Source: an uncultured Rikenellaceae bacterium
Lineage (GTDB): Bacteria > Bacteroidota > Bacteroidia > Bacteroidales > VadinHA17
NCBI GenBank assembly: GCA_964577305.1
Contig: CAZNYS010000008.1
Location: 12,635 to 76,634, forward strand
Direction: 5' to 3'
DNA length: 64,000 nucleotides
Both the position numbers and the translations under genes were made by a program. The notes under the pieces were generated by a model. That model was not told the origin of the DNA. It searched no databases and worked only from the letters and a program-made list of their open reading frames with translations. Below, piece by piece: positions 53,724 to 63,018 of this stretch; position 1 is the first letter of the stretch, and each line of letters opens with the position of its first letter.

Positions 53724-55343
53724 ATGGTCACCAATAAAGATCTCCTTGAATATAATATTAAAGACCCTGAAGAGATAATCTATAACCCTGACTACGAACA
53801 CCTGTTCCATGCTGAGACCAGCCCTGATCTGCTTGGTTTTGAAAAGGGAATCATAACCGATACTGGAGCTGTAGCTGTTGATACAGGAATTTATACAGGC
53901 AGGTCACCCAAGGACAAGTATATTGTGCTTGATGATAAGACAAGAGACACAATATGGTGGAAATCAGAAAAAGCACTGGTGTCTGATAATAAACCTATAA
54001 GCAAAGAGGTTTGGGATCATTGTAAACAGCTGGCCTCCAATCAGCTTTCAGGCCAGAAATTATATGTCATGGATTGTTATGCCGGTGCAAACGAGAGCAC
54101 AAGACTGAAGATAAGGTTTATCATGGAAGTGGCATGGCAGGCACATTTTGTAAAGAATATGTTCATACGGCCATCGGAGGAGGAGCTTGAATCATTTAAG
54201 CCGGATTTCGTATTTCTTGTTGCCTCGAAAACAAGCAACAGCAAATGGAAAGAACAGGGTCTTCATTCCGAAACATTCGTTTTTTTCAACCTTACTGAAA
54301 ATATGGCTGTGCTTGGTGGCTCATGGTATGGAGGGGAACTGAAGAAGGGAATCTTTTCTGTTATGAACTATTACCTCCCACTCCAGAAAATAGCTGCCAT
54401 GCATTGCTCGGCCAACGTTGGCAAAGATGATGATGTAGCTATTTTCTTTGGGCTTTCCGGGACAGGCAAGACAACTCTTTCAACCGATCCCGAAAGGGCA
54501 TTGATAGGTGATGATGAACACGGCTGGGATGATGATGGTATCTTTAATTTTGAGGGAGGCTGTTATGCTAAATGTATACACCTATGCAAGGAGAAAGAAC
54601 CTGATATTTACAATGCCATAAGAAGGGATGCCCTTCTTGAAAATGTTGTAGTTAGAGAAGACAGATCCATAGATTTTGAAAGTGACAGAAAAACTGAAAA
54701 CACAAGAGTATCCTACCCCATTTATCATATTAATAATATTATTAAGCCTGTTTCCAAGGCCGGGCATGCTTCCAGGGTAATTTTCCTGACTGCTGATGCC
54801 TTTGGAGTATTGCCACCGGTTTCAAAGCTGAATAAAGGACAGACGAGTTATTACTTCATCAGCGGGTATACTGCCAAGGTTGCAGGTACAGAAAGGGGAA
54901 TTAAAGAGCCACAACCATCCTTCTCTGCCTGTTTTGGTGCAGCATTCCTTTTGCTCGATCCTATCATTTATGCCAATGAACTGGTGCGTAAGATGGAAAT
55001 GCACGGAGCTGATGCCTGGCTGGTTAATACAGGGTGGATGGGTGGACCCTATGGAGTAGGTAAGAGGATCGACTTAAAATCTACCAGGGAAATTATAAAT
55101 TCTATACTGAATGGATCAATCATTGAGGCTGATTTCCATGACATCCCAATTTTCAACCTGTCAATACCTGCTGATGTTCGGGGCGTAGACAGTAAGCTCC
55201 TTGAACCTGCCATGGCATGGGAAAATCCGGATGAATGGCATGAAGCTGCCAGCACACTTGCCGGTAAATTCATCCAGAATTTCAAAAAATTTACAGATAA
55301 CAAGGATCTGATCGGACTAGTAAAATATGGACCCCAACTATAA
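53724..55343 (+). CDS. pckA: Phosphoenolpyruvate carboxykinase (ATP)
   Basis: It has the kinase-1a motif [11 protein letters not shown] and the blocks IGDDEHGW and FEGGCYAK. Confidence 0.95.
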   Translation: MVTNKDLLEYNIKDPEEIIYNPDYEHLFHAETSPDLLGFEKGIITDTGAVAVDTGIYTGRSPKDKYIVLDDKTRDTIWWKSEKALVSDNKPISKEVWDHCKQLASNQLSGQKLYVMDCYAGANESTRLKIRFIMEVAWQAHFVKNMFIRPSEEELESFKPDFVFLVASKTSNSKWKEQGLHSETFVFFNLTENMAVLGGSWYGGELKKGIFSVMNYYLPLQKIAAMHCSANVGKDDDVAIFFGLSGTGKTTLSTDPERALIGDDEHGWDDDGIFNFEGGCYAKCIHLCKEKEPDIYNAIRRDALLENVVVREDRSIDFESDRKTENTRVSYPIYHINNIIKPVSKAGHASRVIFLTADAFGVLPPVSKLNKGQTSYYFISGYTAKVAGTERGIKEPQPSFSACFGAAFLLLDPIIYANELVRKMEMHGADAWLVNTGWMGGPYGVGKRIDLKSTREIINSILNGSIIEADFHDIPIFNLSIPADVRGVDSKLLEPAMAWENPDEWHEAASTLAGKFIQNFKKFTDNKDLIGLVKYGPQL

Positions 55344-55971
55344 ATTTTTCATACTTGTCTCCCTGTTTGCATACGCACTGGGTTCTCTGGCAACCTCAGT
55401 GTGGGCAGGTAAACTATTCCATGGAATAGATATACGGGAACATGGAAGCGGCAATGCGGGTGCAACAAACACCATAAGGGTTCTTGGATGGACAACAGGA
55501 ATACCGGTACTTTTGATTGATATCGGCAAAGGATGGCTGGCAGCCAGTCTGCCGGCTTTACTGAAATTAGCACCCCCCGGATCTGCTGAATTGATCAATA
55601 TGCAAATCATTACAGGCATGATCGCTATAGTGGGACATGTTTTTCCTGTTTTTGCAGGTTTTAAAGGTGGTAAAGGCGTAGCAAGCACATTCGGAGTACT
55701 GCTTTCACTGAATCCTCTGGTTACACTTTTGTGCATGGCTGTATTTCTTGTAATACTTCTTATTACAGGATATGTATCAATAAGCTCAATTTCAGCAGGT
55801 ATTGCTTTCCCCCTTATATCACTGGTATTCTTTGAAAGCCACTCCTTAATGTTTGCCATTTTCTCAATTCTGATCGCACTGGCTCTCATTATTACACATA
55901 AGAAAAATATCAACAGGCTGTTGAAAGGAGAAGAAAACAGGTTTATCTGGAAAAAACGTGATTCCAGTTAA
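55327..55971 (+). CDS. plsY: Glycerol-3-phosphate acyltransferase PlsY
   Basis: It has GSGNAGATN and GGKGVA motifs and 5-6 TM helices. It overlaps the pckA end by 17 nt. Confidence 0.9.
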   Translation: MDPNYKFFILVSLFAYALGSLATSVWAGKLFHGIDIREHGSGNAGATNTIRVLGWTTGIPVLLIDIGKGWLAASLPALLKLAPPGSAELINMQIITGMIAIVGHVFPVFAGFKGGKGVASTFGVLLSLNPLVTLLCMAVFLVILLITGYVSISSISAGIAFPLISLVFFESHSLMFAIFSILIALALIITHKKNINRLLKGEENRFIWKKRDSS

Positions 55972-56525
55972 TAACTGTTATATGATATCACTTCTTCAGG
56001 TTTCTTGCGTCTTTTTAACCTGTGGGGTTTGGAAGGATAACCGAGTGTTATAATAAGTTCGGCCCGTTTTGATTCAGGTACACCAAGCAACTCTTTTACC
56101 TTCTTTTCATTGAACCACCCGAGAATACATGTTCCAAGACCTTCTGACAGTGCCTGTAAACATATGTTTTCTGCAGCTATACCTATATCAATTAAAGAGT
56201 AATCCTTTCTTTTTAATGCTCCACCTGCCTGTGAGATAAGGTTAGGTTTTTCCCTTATTATAACAAGTAACACTGGTACCTGGTATACAAAACTGTTGAA
56301 GCCCAGTTCCCTGGCAGATGCTGCTTCTGCAACCTTCTTTCTAAGTTCAGGTTCATTTACAACTATGAATTTCCAGGGCTGTGAATTACAGGCTGACGGT
56401 GACATACGGCCGGCCTCAAGTATCCGCTCCAGCTTATCTCTTTCTACTTCTCTGTCATGATAGCCTCTTTCACTTTGCCTTGATATAATCATCTCAAGCA
56501 TTTCATTTCCTGAAATATTCGTCAT
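55968..56525 (-). CDS. Nitroreductase-family flavoprotein
   Basis: 185 aa with RQSERGY...SPSACNSQPWKFIVV, typical of the family. Confidence 0.8.
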   Translation of the reverse strand: MTNISGNEMLEMIISRQSERGYHDREVERDKLERILEAGRMSPSACNSQPWKFIVVNEPELRKKVAEAASARELGFNSFVYQVPVLLVIIREKPNLISQAGGALKRKDYSLIDIGIAAENICLQALSEGLGTCILGWFNEKKVKELLGVPESKRAELIITLGYPSKPHRLKRRKKPEEVISYNSY

Positions 56526-56626
56526 ATATTTATTTCCGTTTATTGAAATCTACATTTTCATTCGTAAATATAACTCTTTCATCCTATAATTTGTTCCTGA
56601 TATTGATTCATTAAAAATATATAGAT

Positions 56627-57541
56627 ATGAAAACCTACCTGTCAGCAGCATTATTAATCTCAGTAATAATAATAACGGGCTGCAATAAAGAAAAAGGCAC
56701 TGAGTATAACCTTTATTATCTTGGTGGACAGTCTAATATGGAAGGCTACGGTTATTGCACGGAATTACCTGACAGCCTGAACATTGTGTTTGATGATATT
56801 CGTATATTCCACGGCAACACCGGGGTTGATGGTGAAGAACCTGACGGAAGAGGTAAATGGTCACCATTAAGACCAGGTAATGGCGGGGGTTTCAGTTCAG
56901 ATGGCAACCAGAATCATTACTCTGACAGGTTTGGCTGTGAGCTAAGCTTCGGGTTAAAAATGCAGGAGCTAAACCCGGGATCAAGGATCGCCTTATTGAA
57001 ATATGCAAGGGGTGGAAGTTCAATAGATGAAGAGGCAGCAGGTAATTTCGGTAGCTGGGATCCCCAGTACCTTGACGGAGAAGGAATCAACCAATATGAT
57101 CATTTCCTTGCCGCTGTCAAAAATGCACTTGCAATAAAGGATATTGATGGCGACGGTAAGGCAGACAGATTGATACCATCAGGCATAATCTGGATGCAGG
57201 GTGAATCGGATGCAGCTTTTACTGAAGAAATAGCCGGACGGTATTATGATAACCTCAACGAACTGATGAACCTGATAAGGGAAGCCCTTGGTTATCCTGA
57301 GATACCAGTCGTTATTGGCAGAATCTCAGATTCAGGGAATGACCCCTCTGGCAAAGTGTGGGAATTTGGAGATACAGTCAGAAAGGCTCAGCATAAATTT
57401 GCTGAAGATGACTCCCTGGCCGCAATTGTCACATCAACTGATAATTATTCATATTCAGATCCCTGGCATTACGATTCCGAAGCATATATTGACCTGGGAG
57501 AGAAATTTGCCCAGGCCCTGGATTCACTGGTTAAAAAATAA
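56627..57541 (+). CDS. Lipoprotein, sialate O-acetylesterase-like (SASA/DUF303) carbohydrate esterase
   Basis: Lipobox ITGC, plus the GGQSNMEGYG and WMQGESD motifs. Confidence 0.7.
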   Translation: MKTYLSAALLISVIIITGCNKEKGTEYNLYYLGGQSNMEGYGYCTELPDSLNIVFDDIRIFHGNTGVDGEEPDGRGKWSPLRPGNGGGFSSDGNQNHYSDRFGCELSFGLKMQELNPGSRIALLKYARGGSSIDEEAAGNFGSWDPQYLDGEGINQYDHFLAAVKNALAIKDIDGDGKADRLIPSGIIWMQGESDAAFTEEIAGRYYDNLNELMNLIREALGYPEIPVVIGRISDSGNDPSGKVWEFGDTVRKAQHKFAEDDSLAAIVTSTDNYSYSDPWHYDSEAYIDLGEKFAQALDSLVKK

Positions 57542-57554
57542 TAAAAGTAGGATT

Positions 57555-58748
57555 CTACTTCAATTTACCAAGAGCTTCCTTGATCCTTCTGCACGCTTCT
57601 GTCAGTTCTTCATCAGATGCTGCATATGATAAACGCAGGCAATCAGGTGCACCAAAACCAGCACCTCCTACCACAGCCACATGTGCCCTTTCAAGGATAT
57701 ACATTGTGAGATCCGTGGAATCACCTATGGTTGTCTCGCCATCGCTTTTGCCAAAAAAACTGCTTACGTCGGGAAAGACATAGAATGCACCCTGGGGTAC
57801 CCGTATCTTAAGTCCATCTATTTCTTTTAACAAACCACACATAAGGTCCCTCCTTTTAAGGAAGGCATCTCTCATTTTCCGGCATGAATCACCTGTGGAG
57901 TTAATGGCAGCAAGTGCTGCCCTCTGGGCTATTGATGAAACTCCTGAAGTGAACTGCCCCTGCAGCTTATTAACTGCTTTTGCCAGCCATAACGGCGCTC
58001 CGATATACCCAATTCTCCAGCCGGTCATGGCATACCCTTTTGATACTCCGTTAACGGTAATAACCCTGTCATATATAAAATCAAATGAAGCCAGGCTCTC
58101 ATGTTTACCACTAAAGGTAATATGCTCATATATCTCATCTGAGATTATAAACAGGCCTTCGTGTTTTTCCACAACCCTGGCAATTTGTTCCATCTCCCTG
58201 CGTGTATATACCATACCGGTGGGATTTGAGGGTGAGTTAAAAATAATAAGCCTGGTACGTTCAGTAATACCATCCTCCATCTCTCTGGCAGTGAGCTTGA
58301 AATCATTCTCTATGCTTGTTTCAAGAATTACTGGTTTACCTTCAGCAAGTATAATCTGGTCATAATAACTTACCCAGTAAGGAGCTATGATTATTACTTC
58401 ATCGCCGGGATTAACAAGGCTCAGTATTACATTTATGATAGAATGCTTACCCCCTGCTGAAACTACAATCTGGTCGGGAGAATATTCAAGATTATTTTCC
58501 CTTTTGAATTTATCAGATATTGCCTTCCGCAGGTCAGCGTATCCGGGTACAGGAGGATAATGAGTATAATTATCATCGATTGCTTTCTTTGCAGCTTCCT
58601 TGATATCGTCCGGTGTATTGAAATCGGGTTCCCCGATACTGAGATTAATAACATCAATGCCCTTTTCTTGCATATCGCGGCTCTTCTGGGCCATAGCAAG
58701 TGTCTGAGATATGGAGAGTGATTTGATACGATCTGATAGGTATTCCAT
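57555..58748 (-). CDS. aspC: Aspartate aminotransferase (class I PLP aminotransferase)
   Basis: MEYLSDRIKSLSISQTLAMAQKSRDMQEKGIDVINLSIGEPDF...NGVSKGYAMTGWRIGY. The start is set at the ATG at 58748. The 47-codon extension in the track runs into a non-coding repeat. Confidence 0.9.
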   Translation of the reverse strand: MEYLSDRIKSLSISQTLAMAQKSRDMQEKGIDVINLSIGEPDFNTPDDIKEAAKKAIDDNYTHYPPVPGYADLRKAISDKFKRENNLEYSPDQIVVSAGGKHSIINVILSLVNPGDEVIIIAPYWVSYYDQIILAEGKPVILETSIENDFKLTAREMEDGITERTRLIIFNSPSNPTGMVYTRREMEQIARVVEKHEGLFIISDEIYEHITFSGKHESLASFDFIYDRVITVNGVSKGYAMTGWRIGYIGAPLWLAKAVNKLQGQFTSGVSSIAQRAALAAINSTGDSCRKMRDAFLKRRDLMCGLLKEIDGLKIRVPQGAFYVFPDVSSFFGKSDGETTIGDSTDLTMYILERAHVAVVGGAGFGAPDCLRLSYAASDEELTEACRRIKEALGKLK

Positions 58749-58831
58749 AGTTCCTTTATTAATTTTATTGAAGCTTAAAATTAATTGTTTTTTCCAAATT
58801 AGCATTCTGGCAGAGACAATTTGTATACGCC

Positions 58832-58883
58832 TGGAATGATGGAATACTGGAGTACTGGAGTATTGGAGTACTGGAATATTGGG
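58832..58883. repeat. Octamer tandem repeat arm (about 6.5 x nTGGArTA)
   Basis: TGGAATGA TGGAATAC TGGAGTAC TGGAGTAT TGGAGTAC TGGAATAT TGGG, read directly. CTGGAATATTGG (58871..58882) is the exact reverse complement of CCAATATTCCAG at 59187..59198 and at 59211..59222. Confidence 0.8.
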
Positions 58884-59186
58884 TAACAAGGAATATAGTC
58901 ATGCTATCAGACAGTGCAGCGGTCAGGCATGCAATAACATGATTTATTCATAGGACTTATCTATACTCTGAAAACTAGTAAGTTGGAGAGCTTGAGAGTT
59001 GGCTATTGAAACGCGCTAATTTATTTTATGATGAAAATAAATATCCATATTATACTTAATAATCCATCATGCGATCATAACATTATTCTATTATTCCATT
59101 ATTTCTCGCCCCCACCTACCACAATCACTTGCCGCTCGCGAGCTCACAGGCCTCGCGTGCTTTCAGCACACTCGCCCTGTTCGGTT

Positions 59187-59222
59187 CCAATATTCCAGCA
59201 TTCCATTAATCCAATATTCCAG
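59187..59222. repeat. Inverted partner arm (CCAATATTCCAG x2 with 24-nt period); contains an 18-nt exact inverted copy of 53556..53573
   Basis: The sequence ccaatattccagcattccattaatccaatattccag is read directly. The reverse complement of 59203..59220 equals 53556..53573 (ggaatattggattaatgg). Confidence 0.8.
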
Positions 59223-59296
59223 TAAATTTATATAGCTTGTTATGATGAGCAGGGACAATTCAGATTATCGGTACAATGCAATATCAATTAAATTTA

Positions 59297-59304
59297 TAAG
59301 TTTG
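59297..59304 (+). promoter_or_regulatory. -7 promoter box TAAGTTTG for the 59332 gene
   Basis: Exact TAnnTTTG match, 28 nt upstream of the ATG. Confidence 0.45.
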
Positions 59305-59331
59305 TATACATAACCTCATATAGCTTAAGCA

Positions 59332-59853
59332 ATGGAACTATTAAAAGAAATACTTTTTATAACGATACCGGCTCTGCTTGTATTCTTAACTGCATATTTG
59401 CTCATCAGGAAAACGATAGAGAATGATCGTGAGAAGAGACGTCATGAAATCGTACTGCAAAACTCAAGAACAATAACACCTGTGAGGTTACAGGCATATG
59501 AAAGGCTAACGCTTTTCCTTGAAAGGATATCAATGGAGTCATTGATTATGCGCACACAAAAACAGGGTATGGATGCCAAGAAACTGCACTCTACACTTCT
59601 CAGCACAATCAGGTCTGAATATGATCACAATCTTGCACAACAGATCTATATTTCACCCCAGGCATGGGAGGTACTGAAGAGTGCCCGATCTAATACAATA
59701 AAGCTTATTAATACCATTGCTGAAAAGATTCCTCCCACAGCAACCGGATCAGAACTTTCCAAAAACCTGCTTGAGGCCGTAATGGAAATGGACCAGGAAC
59801 CTGCAAAAGTTGCCCTGGATTTTCTTAAAAAAGAGATTTCAAGGATGCTATAA
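59332..59853 (+). CDS. Hypothetical membrane-anchored protein (173 aa)
   Basis: It has one N-terminal TM helix (ILFITIPALLVFLTAYLLI). No family was recognised. Confidence 0.5.
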   Translation: MELLKEILFITIPALLVFLTAYLLIRKTIENDREKRRHEIVLQNSRTITPVRLQAYERLTLFLERISMESLIMRTQKQGMDAKKLHSTLLSTIRSEYDHNLAQQIYISPQAWEVLKSARSNTIKLINTIAEKIPPTATGSELSKNLLEAVMEMDQEPAKVALDFLKKEISRML

Positions 59854-59875
59854 GCTAATAGTAAAATGAGAATGA

Positions 59876-59920
59876 GTTGAGAATGAGTTTATTATCAAAA
59901 ATATTCAACTCATTCTCAAC
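59876..59920. terminator. Bidirectional hairpin between convergent genes (14-bp perfect stem)
   Basis: GTTGAGAATGAGTT, a 17-nt loop, then AACTCATTCTCAAC. The left arm is part of an 11-nt direct duplication TGAGAATGAGT x2 (59867..59888). Confidence 0.65.
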
Positions 59921-60015
59921 TTTATTCAACCTTTTTCAACATTATTAATACATCCCCGGCCTGATGCTCACAATATGCTCGGCAGGGATACCCCCCATAA
60001 AGGATAATTTAATAG

Positions 60016-62061
60016 CTATAATAATTCAATACTCCTCTTAACGAATGTACTGAGTTTCTCTCCTTTAAGCATATTATTGGCCAGTAAAGCAAGGTCGATA
60101 AGTTGTTGTACAACAGGCCTTTTATCTGCAAATTTGGTTATTATTTCCTTTTTCTTCTCTTCAGCTTTGGTTTTCTTTTTATTAAGAGCCTCAAGTTTAT
60201 CTTTTTCAGCCTGGCTTATTTCTTCATCTTTTTTCCCTTCCTGTGATTTCTCCGTCTCCCTTATTTCCTTTTCAAGTGAAGCTATTGATTCAGACTGCTT
60301 TTTAATGGCTTCACCTATTTCTTTTTCAACATCTGAGGCCAGATTCTCAATGATTGAATGGTTTATATTGATTACCAGGTTAAATGAATCAGGCATACCG
60401 CCATAGAAGTTCATACCACCCCCCAGTTTTGACATATCTTTCATTCTCCTCATAAATTCCGATTGTGTTATTATCACGGGAGAATCAGATTCATGCATTG
60501 CTTCAGTTACAGGGATAAAGCTGTCTTTTCCCTTCATCTGACTGGAAAAGACCATCTTAACTATTTCCTGTTGCTCCTGGTCAAGCTTCGATTCAATCTT
60601 TTCTTCTTTCTCTATAAGTTTCTCAATAACATCGGAATCAACCCTTACAAAGCGGCTGTCCTTGAATTTAGTTTCCAGGTGGTTAATAAGATGTGGTTCA
60701 AGCTCTCCGTCCATAAGCAGTACGTCATAACCTTTAGCTTTTGCCTTGTCGATATAACTGAATTGTGAATCTTTATCAGTGGCATAAAGGTATACCAGTG
60801 TCTTGTTTTTATCAGTATGATTTTCTTTTATTATCTTCTCATACTCCTCGAATGTAAAATATTTATCATCAGTATTTTTGAATAATGCAAACTTCAGTGC
60901 CCGGTCATAGAACTTTTCTTCAGTTATCATACCGTATTCTATGAATAGTTTCAGATCATCCCACTTTTTCTCAAAATCTTCACGGCTTTCCTTAAATATT
61001 TCGTGAAGCCGCTCAGCCACTTTCTTGTTAATATGACTCGAAATTTTCTTTACATTGGAATCACTCTGCAAATAACTTCGTGACACATTAAGAGGGATGT
61101 CAGGTGAGTCAATAACACCATGCAGTAATGTAAGGAATTCGGGAACAATTCCCTCTACAGAATCAGTAACGAATACCTGGTTGCAGTAAAGTTGTATCTT
61201 GTTTTTCTGTATTTCAATATTATTCTTTATCCTGGGAAAATAGAGTATTCCTGTGAGGTTAAAGGGGTAATCAACATTAAGATGTATATTGAATAATGGC
61301 TCATCTGCCATAGGGTATAGCTCACGGTAAAATGCCTTATAGTCTTCATCCTTCAGGTCTGCTGGTTTCCTGGTCCATGCAGGTTCAGTATTATTAATTA
61401 TTTTGTCCTTATCGGTTTCAACGTACTTATCATCTTTCCACTCTTTCTCTTTGCCGAATGCTATCTCTACGGGCAGAAAGCGGCAGTATTTCTTAAGCAA
61501 TTCCTGAATTTTAGATTCTTCCATGAAATCTTTTGAGTCTTTATCCAGGTGTAGAACAACATCTGTTCCTACCCTTTCCCTTTCAGCTTCTTCAATAGTA
61601 TATTCCGGGCTGCCATCACATGTCCATTTTACAACAGGTGAATCCTTCTGCCATGATTTGGTAATTACCTCAACCCTATCGGAAACCATAAATGAAGAAT
61701 AGAAGCCAAGTCCAAAATGACCTATTATTGCATTTGATTGCTCCTTGTATTTATCCAGAAAATCATTGGCACTGGAGAATGCTATTTCGTTGAGATATTT
61801 CTTTAGTTCATCAGTAGTCATTCCCACACCATAATCAGATACCGTTATTGTTTTATTCTTCTTGTCAACTGACACCCTTATTGTGGTATCACCCATTTCT
61901 TCCTTATAGTCACTTACTGATGCCAGGGTTTTAAGTTTTTGAGTGGCATCCACAGCATTTGAAATCAGTTCACGGAGAAAGATCTCATGATCAGAATACA
62001 GGAACTTTTTTATTATCGGAAAAATATTCTCAGTAGTTACTCCAATCTTACCTTTTTGCAT
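60016..62061 (-). CDS. htpG: Molecular chaperone HtpG (Hsp90)
   Basis: FLYSDHEIFLRELISNAVDA and GHFGLGFYSSF motifs are present. The start is set at MQKGKIGV (ATG 62061) rather than the 16-codon extension in the track. Confidence 0.95.
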   Translation of the reverse strand: MQKGKIGVTTENIFPIIKKFLYSDHEIFLRELISNAVDATQKLKTLASVSDYKEEMGDTTIRVSVDKKNKTITVSDYGVGMTTDELKKYLNEIAFSSANDFLDKYKEQSNAIIGHFGLGFYSSFMVSDRVEVITKSWQKDSPVVKWTCDGSPEYTIEEAERERVGTDVVLHLDKDSKDFMEESKIQELLKKYCRFLPVEIAFGKEKEWKDDKYVETDKDKIINNTEPAWTRKPADLKDEDYKAFYRELYPMADEPLFNIHLNVDYPFNLTGILYFPRIKNNIEIQKNKIQLYCNQVFVTDSVEGIVPEFLTLLHGVIDSPDIPLNVSRSYLQSDSNVKKISSHINKKVAERLHEIFKESREDFEKKWDDLKLFIEYGMITEEKFYDRALKFALFKNTDDKYFTFEEYEKIIKENHTDKNKTLVYLYATDKDSQFSYIDKAKAKGYDVLLMDGELEPHLINHLETKFKDSRFVRVDSDVIEKLIEKEEKIESKLDQEQQEIVKMVFSSQMKGKDSFIPVTEAMHESDSPVIITQSEFMRRMKDMSKLGGGMNFYGGMPDSFNLVININHSIIENLASDVEKEIGEAIKKQSESIASLEKEIRETEKSQEGKKDEEISQAEKDKLEALNKKKTKAEEKKKEIITKFADKRPVVQQLIDLALLANNMLKGEKLSTFVKRSIELL

Positions 62062-62174
62062 TTTTATTGATTTTATATGTTTTACATTTTTACATCTGCT
62101 CATTTTCAAAGCTCATGCCAATCCGGTTGTTATGACAATTCGTCACTCCCCTGTGAAAAAAGTGCAGATTAATG

Positions 62175-62202
62175 GCAAGGAGCAGGGGGCAGGGAGCAGG
62201 GA
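62175..62202. repeat. Heptamer tandem repeat GCAAGGA GCAGGGG GCAGGGA GCAGGGA
   Basis: Read directly. It abuts the stop codon (62203..62205) of the upstream minus-strand gene, and it is GC-rich in an AT-rich spacer. Confidence 0.75.
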
Positions 62203-63018
62203 TTATTCCTGATTATTTGTATTCCTCAGTTCTATATCTTCGATGAGAATCAGTTTGCCGTCTTTTATTTCAAATGCATCATAGGAAAAATCAGGGCCAT
62301 AGTACTTATATTGCCCTTCGAACATGGGTGATGATGGTGAAAGGTGGTCAAATATGATCATTGAACGTTCGGGATTAAATTTCAGCATCATGGTGGCCAG
62401 GGGTGAATATTTGAAGATCATTCTTGTAAGAACCTTGTTCTTTGTTGAAAAAATCTTCTTACCGAAAACAGGGTTACCCTGTTCATCAAAATGCATTACT
62501 TCAATAACCTTGGCATTCATATTAATATTATCAGGATCAAATCCGAGCAGGATATAGGTCATCTCACCTGGCAGATCCACAGGTTGTATATCATAATATA
62601 ATGATCCATACCAATTATGGCTTTTTATTACAGCATCTGTTTCAATATCTGACAATCCTTCTTCTCCCCTCAGCAATATGTTCTTACCCAGTATACTGTT
62701 GTATATTATGCAGTTATATACATTATTCCCTTCTGTAACCGGTATATTCCAAGAGAATATTTTAATAAGGCTGTCAGGTGAGGTAATCTGGCCGAGATAA
62801 CTCACATCAGATAAATCAGCCCGTGTTATATCCCCAACTGATTCAAGATATGTAAGTATGGTATTTGTCAGGGAATCATTATAAACAAGCTTTTCTTCAT
62901 CACCCGGTGCAACGGCTATCTTATTGAAATAATGGTTAATTTCGCCAATTGTCTGGGCAAAACCAGGCTGATTTATCAATAAAAGTTGAAACAGTAGCAG
63001 AGCCCTAGGATATTTCAT
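62203..63018 (-). CDS. Secreted hypothetical protein (271 aa from the ATG at 63018)
   Basis: It has the signal peptide MKYPRALLLFQLLLINQPGFAQ. No family was recognised. It overlaps the preceding gene by 14 nt. Confidence 0.5.
   Translation of the reverse strand: MKYPRALLLFQLLLINQPGFAQTIGEINHYFNKIAVAPGDEEKLVYNDSLTNTILTYLESVGDITRADLSDVSYLGQITSPDSLIKIFSWNIPVTEGNNVYNCIIYNSILGKNILLRGEEGLSDIETDAVIKSHNWYGSLYYDIQPVDLPGEMTYILLGFDPDNINMNAKVIEVMHFDEQGNPVFGKKIFSTKNKVLTRMIFKYSPLATMMLKFNPERSMIIFDHLSPSSPMFEGQYKYYGPDFSYDAFEIKDGKLILIEDIELRNTNNQE

Noticed and set aside
58832-59222. Checked whether the regularly spaced short repeats could be a CRISPR array
   Set aside because: The period is only 8 nt with no spacers, the two arms are inverted rather than direct, and there are no cas genes.
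59028-59225. 65-aa plus-strand ORF in the aspC / 59332 spacer, and the 47-codon N-terminal extension of aspC (58749..58889)
   Set aside because: Both read through the repeat arms and the GC-rich island and have no promoter box or conserved-looking sequence. The aspC homology begins at MEYLSDRIKSL (ATG 58748).
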